DNA of 64,000 nucleotides from Botryllus schlosseri (taxonomy: Eukaryota). The DNA lies in contig CM119372.1 of the NCBI GenBank assembly GCA_051294905.1, positions 1 to 64,000 of the forward strand. The letters run 5' to 3'. A program made the translations under genes and the position numbers. Position 1 is the first letter of the stretch, and the number at the start of each line of letters is the position of its first letter. Shown here in pieces: positions 36,850 through 49,882 of this stretch. Under the pieces are notes generated by a model. The model saw nothing but the letters and a program-made list of their open reading frames with translations. It was not told the origin of the DNA and did no database searches.

Positions 36850-38027
36850 ATTGTACAAACTACCAATGCAGTTTTTTCAGGGTCAACTAACTACTGATTT
36901 TTTAATAGTTCTACTCGTAGTTGCGCACTTTGAAAATCTTGTAGCCAGGGCATGTGTTTTGGAGTCGAAATCCCACCCCTTTCCGCCGATCTGTTCCGAT
37001 TTCGATACATTAAAAATAAATGAGATGCTTCGGGGGTGAAGTGTGTTGGATCGGTTCTAGTTGGGGAATTTCGGATTTTAAAATGTCATTCGTTCTAGTT
37101 GTTGTTCTAGTTTTATATCCGGTAGTTTGTACAAGTGTATGCTCTGCCCTCTAAATATGATGGGTCTCAGATTAAAGTGGAGTGTGTGAAAAACATTTTG
37201 CAGCAGCCACTTTTCTTAGAAGACGTGATTGAACTGCTATACTAAACAATAGATGACTAACGTAATGGTTAGTGCTGTTCATAAATGAAAAGTGTTTTCA
37301 AAATTGGTAGGTCAACTACAAAATACACTGCACAGGCACCCCTTTTGGCTCAATTACAACCCACAGAACAGGGGCGGGCAACAAGACGGGATTTTGAGAT
37401 GCCCGACGCCTGTGAGTCTATAGTCTATACTAAGGGCTTCTACATGCGGCCAGAGTTCAAAGAACTTGTTGAAAACTTTGCTTCACCACAGATGACTCAT
37501 TCACTTCTACAGCTATTGAAGTACATTACATTAATAAATTCATTCAATACTGTTTTTGGTCTCCATGCTTAAACTTGAAGTTTACATTAAATATGATTTA
37601 TTCCTTGTATAGCCGGAGAAATCCGTGAATAATGTATAGATTCAGGAATCCGGCACGCCAAATACTTCATTTTTCCAAATCTGACCCGCCTACCGGAGAA
37701 GTTGCGCGCCCCTGCTGTAGAGGCATTTATAAAAGAAAATAGTTTTGGATTTATTTGATCAAAATGCACAAGAAAAAAGTCATCAAACCTGATCTTAAAC
37801 GAAAGCTACTATTGCACTAATAGAAAATTTTCTCCGGTCATGGCACTGTAAACGCCCTCAAAGTCATGAAACGGGCGCTGCACTGTTGCTGGTTGCAGGG
37901 AATGAATTTCGGTAAGTAGCGAGTATTACAGACATCAAGGACAAGAATATATTATGTCATCTCTCCAGTTTTGACCAGAAAACCACCTGAACTACTACAA
38001 GTAGGCTATTTATTCATGACTGACCAC

Positions 38028-39644
38028 TAGGGTTGTCCAAAATTTGGGAAATCTTGAAAAGTCTCCGTGATTGTGTCTCATTCTATTGATTATTGATAAA
38101 AAACAACAATTAGCCTGAAAGAAGCCTACAGAAATGCCGTTAAGATTTCGGTCAAAGCGTTTGAAAGTAGCTGCTCAAGAATGGGCGTGCCACCGACCAT
38201 AGAACGACGAGAAGACTAGTAATCAAACAACAACGGCTCTTGATTGGCTAATCGTCTATGCTTCAATGATCACGCCAGCAGCAGCTTGCTGATTAGGTGT
38301 TCAAGAAGTCTGCTACCGGCGGGCATTCTGAGTGCGCATTGTTAGTATTTTGGCAGGTGGTGATTTAAAATTGATTCAGGACATGTTGAGTTACGAAATA
38401 CATGATGAACAAACAACACCTGCTTCACAGAAGCTTTTACAGCATGACTGCTTTAGTGTGAAGGAAACGGCTGAAGCCTACATGCCGTGTTTTCATCGAG
38501 ATAAAGCAAAGGCGCTTATGCAAGTGTTGAGCGAATTCACCGTTTCAGTACGCATCCATCATCAGTGAATACAAATATATATAGCTTAACAATGACACTA
38601 TACTTTGTGTGATCTTATTGGGCTGAAGCTGTAGTATATAGGTGACGTTTTGAATGCTCTAGGGATTGGCGGAATCAGCCGGTTATGCTTGGCACTTATC
38701 AGATGCTTACAGCAAATTGAATGCACTTGCAGGCGTTGTTTAAGTCATTACTGAAAACGCAGAAAAGAGGTGGTAATGTACGCAAACTCGTACAGGCTAT
38801 GCTGGATATGGCATCTCAAAGTCCTTATTGATCCCGCTGAGAAGAGGTGAGAAGAAGAGCACAGACTATGCTGCTATAGTATCCAGCATAGTTTGGATAT
38901 CGTATCCAGCATAGCCTGTGCTTACCTTACACCTCTTTTCTGCAGCATCAGTAAGGACTTTGACAACTCTTATAAGTGAATTCAATTTGCTGTAAGTATA
39001 ACTGCCGAGCATAACCGGCCCTAGAACCTTCAGAACTTAAACTATATACTACAACTTGGGTCCAATAAGATCACACAAATTAGTCAAGCTTTATATTTGT
39101 ATTCACTGATGATGGATCCCTTCTTAAACGGGGAATTCGTTCACCACTTGCATAAGCACCTTTGCTTTTCCTCGTAAAAAACACGGCATGTAGGCTATAG
39201 CCGCTTCCTTCACAATAAAGCAGTCATGCTGTAAAAGGTTTTGTGAAGCAGATGTTGTTTGTTCATCATGTATTTCGGAACTCAACATGTCCTGAATTAA
39301 TATGAAATCATCACCTGCCAAAATACTAACAATGCGGACTCAGAATCCACGCCGGTAACAGACTTCTTGAACACCTAATCAGCAAGCTGCTGCATGCCGT
39401 GATCATTGAAGCATAGCCGATTAGCCAATCAATAGCCGTGGTTGTTTGATTATTAGTCTTCTCGCCGTTCTATGGTCGGTGACACGCCCATTCTTGAGCA
39501 GCTACTTTCAAACGTTTTGACCGAAATCTTAATGGGATTTCTGTAAGCTTCTTTCAGGCTAATTGTTGTTTTTTATCAATAACCTATAGAATGAGACACA
39601 ATCACGGAGACTTTTTAAGATTTTCCAAATTTTGGACAACCCTA
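38028..39644. mobile_element. Palindromic hAT-type element (1617 bp, ~750-780 bp inverted arms)
   Basis: TAGGGTTGTCCAAAA / TTTTGGACAACCCTA; perfect TSD CTGACCAC; ORFs 38332(+) and 39321(-) are mirror copies. Confidence 0.92.
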
Positions 39645-41336
39645 CTGACCACCACTGCAAACCATGGTGATTCAGTTACGGTTAGCATGTGTCAGTTGTT
39701 TTGTGAAACTTCTAGGGTCGCCGTATGTCAGCCGTATAGCGAAATTCTTAGCTATAAAAGTGCCACAACACAGAAATTCAAAATACGAATTTGTTGCGTG
39801 ACATTGAAATGCAGTTTATTATTATGTGGTGATGCGGTGTGTCTCCACTCTACCTGGGCTGCAAGGTGTTTGAAATCAGGCTGATATGACGTCAAAGCAG
39901 GACTCAGCAGTTCCTTTTCAAGTGCTAATGAACATGTAAGGAAGATTTCTGCTCGGTAATCTTATCAGAAGCGTAGGGATTCATATTATCAAGTCGGAGC
40001 GCTCAAAATCGCATTTTATATTAAGTAATTAGTGATGATGTGTAGAATTTTGATATTAATAATATTATCCGGAGAATATAGCCTTGTATAGACATCATAG
40101 TTTTCGCATTTATGTTTAATCTGAATAGGAATTTAAATACATAGTCCTAAATACACATAATAGAAAATCTGTCGATTCTAGCCAAGGTAAGTTTTGACGC
40201 GGCAATCATAAGTCGTAAAATGTGGAAACTGCAGAAACCGTAACTTGTACACATAAAATCAAGTTTAAAACATGGACGGATGATATTAGTCCTAAATACA
40301 CATAATACAATATCTGAGAAAAGTATCAAGATGCGGCAATCAATGCAGCGATGATATAGCAATGGATGGATGATGTGGCACTATAGGCGTGGCGCTTGAT
40401 GATGTGGCACAGATGACGTAGCAGATGAATGTACCCTTAGGGCATGAAAATGGGCGTGGCAATTAGGATGACGTGGCGCTCTCTGATTGGTCTGCGCCAA
40501 ACCCAGCTCATCCTACTACTATGACCTCACACTAGCAAAGCTTCGTCTATCGACTAGAGGTGGTCACGATCCGATTCAGGAGTATATGGTTGTTTGATAT
40601 AAGTTTGTAACCAGGGCCACATTTTTTCAGCCCCTTCCCGCGAAAACAAACACTGGTCTAGGGCCCACCGTGGGGTAATCGATGCAGCTTCTGGTGGCTT
40701 ACTATATGAATCTGGTCCTTAATTGATTTCAATGAATTATGTCAATAATATTGGTTCTTCCATATATTACTATATAATTTGATCCTCTCTTCGCCCACAT
40801 GATCAGAGTTAGCGGTAGAGCTGGTGGAGGATTATGACTTCGAAAATGCAAGAGCGTAATTGTACATCGTTAAGTCATGTTCGTCGCACCTTTAAGATTA
40901 TATATCAGCTTAATGCCTGTGCGCACTGCACCAGTGAGCTATATGAACAACGCACATCCGTTGGTTTCCAACCTTTTATGGTTTAACATCTTCGCGAACC
41001 CTAGAATAAAGGCAAACTACTCCCAGGTTTAGAACCAATATCTTTGAAAAAATCATCCAAACGGCCGAAACCGACTTTATGAATATACCGTTATCTAGTC
41101 ATTGTGATTACAATTAGACTTATTTCTGTAGATGAATTTTATTTTTATTATTTTTCGATCGCAGTTTTTGCGAGTGCGGTAGTCCCCATATTAAACCAAC
41201 ATATATGATACTAAATCGCGCGCAGGGCGAAGAAAAATTTCATGTAGCATAAATCTGCCCCAAAATAATATTGTTTATGTCGATTTAAGATAAAATATTG
41301 AGCATACTTCAAAATTCCGGACATTTAGGCATATTT

Positions 41337-42523
41337 TAGTCTATGGAATCGAACACCCACCTTGGCCTAAGGCGATGTAAAGACGATGCATCTACACTGA
41401 ATGAATAGTCAAGAAGATAATATAGAAAAAAGCAAGCGACAAGAAATGGTGTGGCATGTCATGGCAGGCGAGATCGATAGGTCAGGTCGTGGTCCAGTGA
41501 TCTTGCGGATGGACTATAGTATTTATTTAGTAGTAGTCATCATCATCATCATCATCATCATTGGTTTATTAGCAATTTTATCAGTTCAATACACCACAAA
41601 AATGCGATACAATGAACAGACAGGAAGATGTCGAAGCGACAAGGAGTAGTCTATGGAATCTGACACCCACCTTGGCCTAGGCGATGTAAAGAGGAGGCAT
41701 GCACACTGAATGAAAGTAAAGAAGATAGTACAGAAAAAGAATGCGACAAGAAATAGGGCGGCATGTCATGGGAAGCGAGATCGATAGGTCGGTCGTGGTC
41801 CGGTAATCTTGAGGATGGACTGTAGTTGCCTGTATTTCGACTTGAATGTGGACATGCTCGTCGACTGTCGGATGGCCGGCGGGATACTGTCCCACAAATC
41901 AGAACCGGCATATTTGATAGAGTAGACGCTGAAAAATGTTGTCAGTTAGACCAATGATATAGGCCAACAAATGGTTGCAATCTCAAACACCTTGTCCTCT
42001 CCTCACCTGGTGACCTGTGGTGTACCTAGAGGCTCAGTACTTGAACCGGTCCTCTTCACCTAATATGTCAACGACATTTATGAAACCTCCTCATTGAACA
42101 CCACACTGTTCGCTGATGATACTCACCTCCTCTCTTCCGCATCTTCGACTGCAGAGATAAATGCCCTGACTAGTGACCAAATGCTCAAAGTGCATGAGTG
42201 GACGCCTCAAAATTCGGTGTCTTAAACATAGAAGATATGCGGATGCTAGAAATCGCCAAGTTTATGTATCATTTCCACTGCGGTCATCGCCCGAATATTT
42301 CAATGACTTTTTTAACTCAGAATCAAAAGCGCACAAGTACAGCGCACGCGCATCCCCGTCGTCCAAATATCATATGATCGACAAAAAAGATCATCGCTCT
42401 ATCAAATATGCCGAACCTGATGCGTGGAACAGTATCCCGTCGGCCATCCGACAGTCGACAGACGAGCACGTCCACATTCAGTCGAAATACAAGAAATTAC
42501 TGCTAAATGAATACTAGTTCATC
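41337..42523. mobile_element. Cluster of fragments of the same LINE family as 20127-23454
   Basis: ~41337-41536 (-, diverged 3' UTR), ~41537-41922 (-, 3' end with (TGA)n tail), ~41965-42204 and ~42209-42523 (+, RT pieces with stop and deletion). Confidence 0.9.
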
Positions 42524-43703
42524 ATTTTTGAGATTTTGTCCTCGAGAATTTTGGTTAGAAATAGGGCCAAAGTTGGGCTGGAAAGTTGATCATTTTTTAG
42601 TCAATCACCTGATTTTGTGAAAGAAAAACTGTATTTTGGCGCTGAGCGACAAAGTTGACTTTATTTTTTACTCAACCGACCACGAATTAGGAAAAATTTA
42701 CCATTTTTGCAGGATTTTCCTCCGGTTTTGCAACTTTGAAAATTTTGAAAAGTGTCCTCTTTTCAGATTTCCAAAATATGGTTACCCTATAGCGAAGGAG
42801 CATATGCCGCGGTCCATGGCTTTCGCTGAAAATGCCGCCCGAAGTTTCAATCTTTTCCACTATATTGACTGAAAATCTTGTTGTGTTTACTAAAATAAGT
42901 AAAAGGTCATCACTACTCACTTCGTCTCGACACCGGCATTATACTCAACTTTTCAAGTGCCAAGTGGCTTCTACGCCACCGAGGGTTTATGACCGTTCTT
43001 CGTATATACACGGCCGTCAGTAGCTGCACAAGTGCACATCTCTTGACGATAATAATTTGTTTATCTGAACTGTCTACGTCTAAGTATATAGTACCATAAG
43101 CAGGGCCGTAACAGCACTTCGTCAGCCCCCTACCCCAAAAAAACGTTGGTTTTGGGCCCCCCTAAGGGTGGTAAATCGGACTTATGGGGGGCTGCGCCCC
43201 CTCAGACCCCCCTCCGACCATGCGCTATTTACATTGGGTATACGCTGTTTCTTCATTGGGTGTCCGTTTAGTGAGTCTGCTTTGCTTGCCTAATCGCGCA
43301 AAGCACGAAAAATTTGTACAATTCATGACTTAATCGGTCAATATGACGCTGTTTATACATTGGGTGTCCGTTTAGTGAGTCAGCTTTGCCTGCTTAATCG
43401 CGCGAAGCGCGAGAAATTTCTATAATTCATGACCGAATTGGTCAATATGATCGGTATTGCTTATATATTGCTAGCAATTTTTATCCTCTCTCTGTGTGGT
43501 GTTAGTAATCATTGTTGATGTAATCATTACGCTGCCTTATATTGCACCCGCTGTCGTGGGTATGGCCATTCCTTATTTGCCGAGTTGCTGTTAGTTGTAC
43601 GTCTCGCTAATATTAAAGTAGTATTGGACTCGACGTTCTGCGTTCCTGGTCATTGGATATTGGGTCTAAGTCAGGACAGTCTACTTTAATATTTTCTTGA
43701 AGC

Positions 43704-45347
43704 ATGGCCGAAAGACTGAGCTCGCCAGATCGATTGAGCATCGATCCAGAGGATTCCAGGGCACCAACATTGTTTCGCCACTGGAAGCGACAGCTCACTG
43801 AACATTTCACGGAGCTCGAGGAGCGTCGGAAGGAGAATGACCCTCAAGTGAACAAGCTCAGAGTTTTGATCCGTGCCGTGAGCTCCGAAGTCTACGGTTA
43901 CATTGCCGATGCTACAACGTTCGACGCCGCCATGAAGTCGCTTGGGGAAAGGTTCGAGAAGACTATCAACACTGTCTATGCAAGACACCTGTTGGTGAGT
44001 CGGCATAGGAAAAGTGGGGAATCGATCGCGGCGTTTCATCAGACGCTCGTGGAACTCGCTCGCAACTGCGAGTTCACTGCGGTTTCTGCGGCAGAGCACC
44101 GAAATGAAGCCCTGCGCGATGCATTCGTGAATGGGCTGAATATACCGTTCATACAGCAGCGCCTGTTGGAGAAGAGTGATCTGAAGATTGATTCGGCGCT
44201 AGAATTAGCACAGACCTTGGATCAAGCTGCAAAGTATTCGGCTGATGTGTCTGCTAATAGTAATCTAGCGATGGCGAGAAATCCTGATTACTCGAGTTCT
44301 ACCTTCACGGAGTCGCAATCGTCACGAAGCCCTTCTGGTCGAGATTCTGATGGCGATAAAGTCGCTGCAGTTCGTAGAAGAAAACATCAGAAGCGGAAGA
44401 AAAAGAAATGTCGGTATTGCGGGGAACGCAAGCACGACGGTAAAGGCTGCCCTGCGTACAAGGCTCGTTGTCATAACTGCGGGCGTAAAGGACATTACGC
44501 AAAAGTGTGCGAGTCAAAGCCGCAGACGGAGTCGCCTACGTCGGCAGCTGTTCATGCCTCTGCCGACTTGCAGCGTCGCGCTGTTCTAGCGGGCGCCCCG
44601 ACGTGCCTAGGTAAGGCTGTCGTACCCATCTATTTGAGGAGGAGAAAGTTGAAATCCCTGTTCGACACCGGAGCTGCTATTAACTTCATTGACGCGCGGC
44701 GAGCGCGGAAGTTGGGGCTGAGGTGGAGAGGCGGATCATCGTCGGCTGATCTTGCGGTAAAGAACACATCTGCAGAAATCTTGGGTTTCGTGTGGACAGA
44801 TTTCACTTGTTGCGGTCGGCGCTACCGAAGCATAAAGTTCGCCGTTATGAAGGACCTTTGTGCTGATGTTATCATCGGACATACGTTCATGGAGAAACAT
44901 CGCTCAATAATATTTCCGATGGGAGGGGATCTTCCACCACTGAATGTAAAGGAGTTGGCAGACGCCGGCGAAAAGTGTCTTGGTGATGATAATCGGGCGA
45001 AATCTGTTGCCACCACAGACCCTACTGTGTCTGTTGCAGCTGCCAACGGTCTGGAAGAACCGAGATTATTTGAATTCATGACTCCGGATTGTCGCCCTAT
45101 TGCTACGCGCTCACGAAACGACAGCGAGGATGACAAGTCGTTTATTGACGCGGAGATCAAGAGGATGCTCGAATCGGGTACAATTGAACATAGTCGTTCG
45201 CCTTGGAGAGCCCAACTTGTTGTAGTAAAGAGTAACCGTAAAAAGAGGTTGGCTGTGGACTACTCTACAACGGTAAATCGTTTCACGTGCCCAGATGCGT
45301 ATCCGTTACCTCGTATCGAAGATCTCGTTAACAAAGTTGCCCTAGAC
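43704..45347 (+). CDS. Gypsy gag-pol 5' part: Gag with two Cys/His knuckles, aspartic protease, RT N-terminus
   Basis: CRYCGERKHDGKGC, CHNCGRKGHYAKVC, LFDTGA, SPWRAQ, RLAVDY, DAYPLPRI; frame runs into an insertion after KVALD. Confidence 0.95.
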
Positions 45348-45478
45348 CAGTGGTTCCCAACCGGTGGGGAATTCCCCACTGGTGGGGAATTCAATGGTTT
45401 CTGGTGGGGAATAGACGCATTTGTTCAAAATTATATACAGGACAGTCTACATATTCACGGAGACACATACGTAATTAC

Positions 45479-46357
45479 TAGGGCAATTTTTTTTTGACCT
45501 AAAAAACGGAAGATTTTGACCTAAAAAATCTAAATTTTGACCTTTTTTGACCTAAAAAAACTGAAATTTGACCAAATTTTGACCTCACATATGCAAATTA
45601 GGTATTTTCGCATATAATGTTAAAATTGTACCACTTATCTTCATTTCTGGTTGGAGCTGTCTGTCCTTACAAAGTAGATTGGCCTGAAAAAACGTTTTTG
45701 GCTCAAAAACTTACAGATTTTTACATGAAAAACTAGTATTTTAACGAAATCTGGCCCTATGAAGAATTCCATTAGTTACATTACGTATTCTGGTGGAAAT
45801 AATTAAAATTTCTTGTAGTACAACGAAAGATCCTTTCCTACATTCTCGGGTAGAAAGAGTCTGTCCTTACTACGTAGCTTGCCAAGAACGGAGAAAGAAC
45901 GTTCAACAGCAGCATTTGCTGGATGACAACACTCAAGTTGTGTGCACACTGCTGGTGACAAACCGCGTTGCTTCATTCTGACAATGTTGTCTATATCACA
46001 ATTTTTCAGCTTGCGCTTCTTGATATAAGATCCATGCAATGTCCAAGCAGTCTTGCTTCAGCTAGGATATTGCGGTGCGTTGACCATAAAACAATGTCAC
46101 TATTTGTTTCATTTGACCATTTATGATTCACAATGAGCAGACGATGGTCCGTTTACAACGGTAGGCCTATAAAGTAGGCTACAAGCTGTAAAATATCAAA
46201 TGATAAGTTCACCGACAGCGCAAAATCTACGATACAAACGAAATGCTGAGGTCAAAAAATGTTTGACTTTGTAAACAATTTTGACAAATTTTGACCTAAC
46301 GCTACAATTTTGACCTAATTTTGACTTTTTTTGACATGTCAAAAAAAAATTGCCCTA
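45479..46357 (-). mobile_element. Second copy of the TAGGGCAATTTT hAT-derived element
   Basis: Perfect TSD GTAATTAC; reverse complement of 25725-26625 with few differences. Confidence 0.93.
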
Positions 46358-46648
46358 GTAATTACCGTTACCAGTTAACTGCTCTGGAATGTATGTATCG
46401 AAAATTATATTGCGTGTTGTTCACAATAGGCCCACCTCATTTTTAACTCTGGATGGCCGATGATGGCGTCACAAACGCATCCAGCACGACTAGTTTGACC
46501 TGAAATAACGCTTTCTCGAAATTTTGAGGTTCACTGGTATCAGTTCACAATACGTTTTATGTTGCAGTTATAGGCGATTGTCTTGCGTACTCGTGTGGTT
46601 GTGTGTCTTGTGTAGTCTGTGATGACAAAAGTGTTGGGTAGTGGGGAA

Positions 46649-47660
46649 CAGGACCGTAACTGCCGCACCCCAAACCCCCCAAGTGGGGGGAGGGGCGAGC
46701 TCGAAGGGGCCCAAAATTATTTCGTGAATTAAAATAAATTACAGAGTATCTTTTGGAAATTTATGTCACTTTTTCAAAATATTTTTGCGCTGGGGGCGCG
46801 ATTAATGTTGCCGAATATCTTGATTATTGGGTACCCGTCCCCCACGAAAATACGTAGAAGTTATTGAAATGGAGACTTCGTCGTCGGCCGTTACTGGGCC
46901 TCGATGCACCAAGACATATGAAGTTATAGGCCATGTACCATACGACTCTGAGAAGTGTGCCAGCACGATCAGCAGCGAGAAGAGCATGACCGAGAAGGAA
47001 TGCCCTTATGGTGACAGAATAGAATACTTCGATATATATACAATACACGTATACGCTTAATTGTCTATAGGCGGCTAAAAGGCTGGCGCCAAATGTTCCA
47101 GTCTTGGCGATCTGAACCCCAGAGGACCAATTATTTGCCAGTAAAGCAATACCAATTCGAAATCGTGTGTGCCTTTTAGTGTTGGCGATTTCCATATCTT
47201 TTGAAATAGCAGATATATATAGGAGGTCACAAAAGAGCATAATGTAACGAAGTCAATATACCAACGGGTCCGTCCGAAGATGTTTAATACTTATTTAGGG
47301 GCCTTACCTTTTCCAACACACCTCACTTAGCTCTACCGGTAAATCTGATTACGTGAGCAGAGAGTTGATAAAAAATCGATAGCAAAATATAGGCTATGCA
47401 ATTCCCGATCATATTGACCGATTCAAACATGAATTATATAATTTTTTCGCGCTTCGAGCGTTTAGTCGGAATAAGGCGACGCTCGAAACCGTAGACCCAA
47501 TGTAGCTGATAAGTAACGGGTGGAAAGCGTACAGGCTCAGGGGGCTGAGGGGGTTCTATGGGGCATCGGTCCCAGAAGTTGTGTTTATAACCCTGTGAGG
47601 GGCCCAAGACCAACGTTTTTTTTGGGGGGGGGTGACTGACGAAGTGCTATTACGGTCCAG
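46649..47660. mobile_element. Diverged relative of the CAGGGCCGTAAC family, nested in the Charlie MITE
   Basis: CAGGACCGTAAC / ATTACGGTCCAG (mismatched TIRs); TSD GTGGGGAA; internal sequence is inverted and homologous to ~50400-51160. Confidence 0.85.
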
Positions 47661-47734
47661 GTGGGGAATGAAGGCTCGGAATAAATCTGAAGTGGGGAAT
47701 GAAGACAAAAAGGTTGGGAACCACTGCCCTAGAC

Positions 47735-49882
47735 AAATGGTATAGCAGCATCGATCTGAAAGAGGCATACCACCAGCTGAAAATTCGTGATGACGAAAAG
47801 ATTTACACTGCATTTGAAGCCAACGGGAAACTCTATCAGTTCCGGCGCGTTCCTTTTGGAGTAACCAATGGCGTGGCAGCGTTTCAGCGGGTGATGGATA
47901 AATTCATCGAGAATAATAACTTGAAGAAAGTCTACGCATATCTGGATGACTTGACAGTTACTGGGGCGACGAGAGACGAACACGATGAGAACTTACGAAA
48001 ATTGCTAGATGCAGCGGCCGAGATAGGACTGCATATCAACGAAGAGAAAAGTAAGTTTGCTCAAACTAGTTTGAATATCCTTGGTTACGAGCTCTCTCGT
48101 GGAAAAGTAAGTCCTGATCGAGAGCGAATGAAACCTTTGATCGAGATGAAAGAACCGACAACACCAAAAGAGTTAGCAAGAATCAAAGGTTTGTTTGCTT
48201 ACTATGCTCGCTGGATACCTGATTTCTCTACTCGTATCCGACCCTTAAACGTGAGTGAGCTGCCTCTGGATTCAGAGGCTATCAAGGCTTTCATGAGATT
48301 GAAGGATGATCTCGCTAAAGCTAGTCTTTGTGCAATCCGCGATGATTTGCCGTTTCAGGTTGAAACCGATGCATCGGATGTGGGCATAGCCGGCGTTTTG
48401 GCGCAGGGTGGTCGCCCTGTTGCATTCATGGCGAGAACACTAAGCAGACACGAGCGGAACTACCCTGCAATCGAAAAAGAAGCTCTAGCTATTATCGAAG
48501 CGATCCGGAAATGGGAACACTTCTTGAAGGGTCGTCACTTCACATTAACTACTGATCAGAAGTCCGTATCGTTCATTTTTGACAAGAGAAACCGAGGGAA
48601 GATCAAGAATACGAAACTTACAGCGTGGCGGTTGGAACTTGGACAGATGTATTACGATATATGTCACAGACCAGGTAGGCTGAACATTGTTCCTGATGCA
48701 TTGTCTAGACATGTCGCAGCGAGCATCCCAACGACTATGCAACTCCAAGAAATTCATGACGCTCTAGGTCATCCTGGCATGGCTCGACTGGTTCATTTTG
48801 TTCGAAATAGAAACCTTCCTTACACCACCGAGGAAGTCAAGGCTATATGTAGAAACTGCAGGGTCTGTGCAGAACTGAAGCCAAGGTTCTTCAAAAGAAA
48901 TCCTATTCCATTGGTAAAGGCGTCGAAACCCTGGGAACGGCTGTCCATGGATTTTAAAGGCCCAGTAAAAGGTCAGTTTCCTCATGTTCTTATAGTAGTT
49001 GATGAATATAGCAGATTCCCGTTTGCCTTCCCGTGTAAAACGACAACGTCGGAGGCTGTAATTGAATGCCTTGAGGATCTCTTCAGTTTATTTGGGTTTC
49101 CAGAATTTGTTCACAGCGATCGGGGATCGTGTTTCACCAGTAAAGAAATGAAGCAATTCCTGGCTGAAAGAGGCATTGCATTCAGTAACTCGACGCCGTA
49201 TCATCCACAAGGCAACAGCCAATGCGAACGCATAAATCAGACTGTATGGAGAACTGTCAAATTACTCCTGCGTTCTCGAAACTTGCCTGAAAACAAGTGG
49301 ACTGATGTTTTGAGTCAAGCATTGCATTCCGTTAGATCTCTTTTGTGTACATCGACTAACGCGACGCCGCACGAGCGGTTTTTCTCTTTCAGCAGACGCT
49401 CTATGTGTGGGGAAAGCTTGCCGGAGTGGCTATCGTTTGGACGACCGGCACTTCTGCGACGATTCGTGAGGAGGAAAGGAGACCCTCTCGTCGACGAAGT
49501 GACCATACTGGAAGCGAACAAAACCTATGCCAAAATACGCCTACCAAACGGTAACGAAGGAACTGTATCTACTTCTGATCTTGCCCCATGTCCAACAGGT
49601 GCAGACTTGGAGCATGGTTCCAGAGTGCAGAATGACGATGGTGAAAGAAGGGAGATGACGAAACTTGACGGTACAGCATTGGCTGACGCAGATGACGATC
49701 CTGTTAGCGATGAACCCGAAAGCCTGCGTCGCGAACATCAAGGACCGAATTCGCCATCAAATGACGGAGCCGCCGAAAGGGACGAGACCGTTCGATCTGA
49801 AACTCCGACGCTACGGAGATCATCAAGAATCCGAAAGGCTCCCGATCGCTATGGCCAATCCGTTTCTATAATGCACTTGTAA
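47735..49882 (+). CDS. Gypsy pol 3' part: RT, RNase H, integrase
   Basis: IDLKEAYHQ, VPFGVTN, YLDD, ETDAS, EKEAL, TDQ; HxxxxHPG..CxxC; MDF, HSDRG, GNSQCER. Removing the insertion and one TSD restores a single 1263-aa ORF. Confidence 0.96.
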   Translation, partial: KWYSSIDLKEAYHQLKIRDDEKIYTAFEANGKLYQFRRVPFGVTNGVAAFQRVMDKFIENNNLKKVYAYLDDLTVTGATRDEHDENLRKLLDAAAEIGLHINEEKSKFAQTSLNILGYELSRGKVSPDRERMKPLIEMKEPTTPKELARIKGLFAYYARWIPDFSTRIRPLNVSELPLDSEAIKAFMRLKDDLAKASLCAIRDDLPFQVETDASDVGIAGVLAQGGRPVAFMARTLSRHERNYPAIEKEALAIIEAIRKWEHFLKGRHFTLTTDQKSVSFIFDKRNRGKIKNTKLTAWRLELGQMYYDICHRPGRLNIVPDALSRHVAASIPTTMQLQEIHDALGHPGMARLVHFVRNRNLPYTTEEVKAICRNCRVCAELKPRFFKRNPIPLVKASKPWERLSMDFKGPVKGQFPHVLIVVDEYSRFPFAFPCKTTTSEAVIECLEDLFSLFGFPEFVHSDRGSCFTSKEMKQFLAERGIAFSNSTPYHPQGNSQCERINQTVWRTVKLLLRSRNLPENKWTDVLSQALHSVRSLLCTSTNATPHERFFSFSRRSMCGESLPEWLSFGRPALLRRFVRRKGDPLVDEVTILEANKTYAKIRLPNGNEGTVSTSDLAPCPTGADLEHGSRVQNDDGERREMTKLDGTALADADDDPVSDEPESLRREHQGPNSPSNDGAAERDETVRSETPTLRRSSRIRKAPDRYGQSVSIMHL

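Larger units (their letters stand above)
45348..47726. mobile_element. hAT-Charlie MITE inserted in the Gypsy RT, itself carrying two elements
   Basis: TIRs CAGTGGTTCCCAACC / GGTTGGGAACCACTG; perfect TSD CCCTAGAC. Confidence 0.95.

Noticed and set aside
39960..40557. Possible non-autonomous Helitron (TC start, CTAG end)
   Set aside because: No clear subterminal hairpin, no A|T target site and no second copy in the window.
47699..47734. ATG start of a separate 727-aa pol gene
   Set aside because: The first 12 codons come from the MITE end and TSD; the native element has a single gag-pol ORF.
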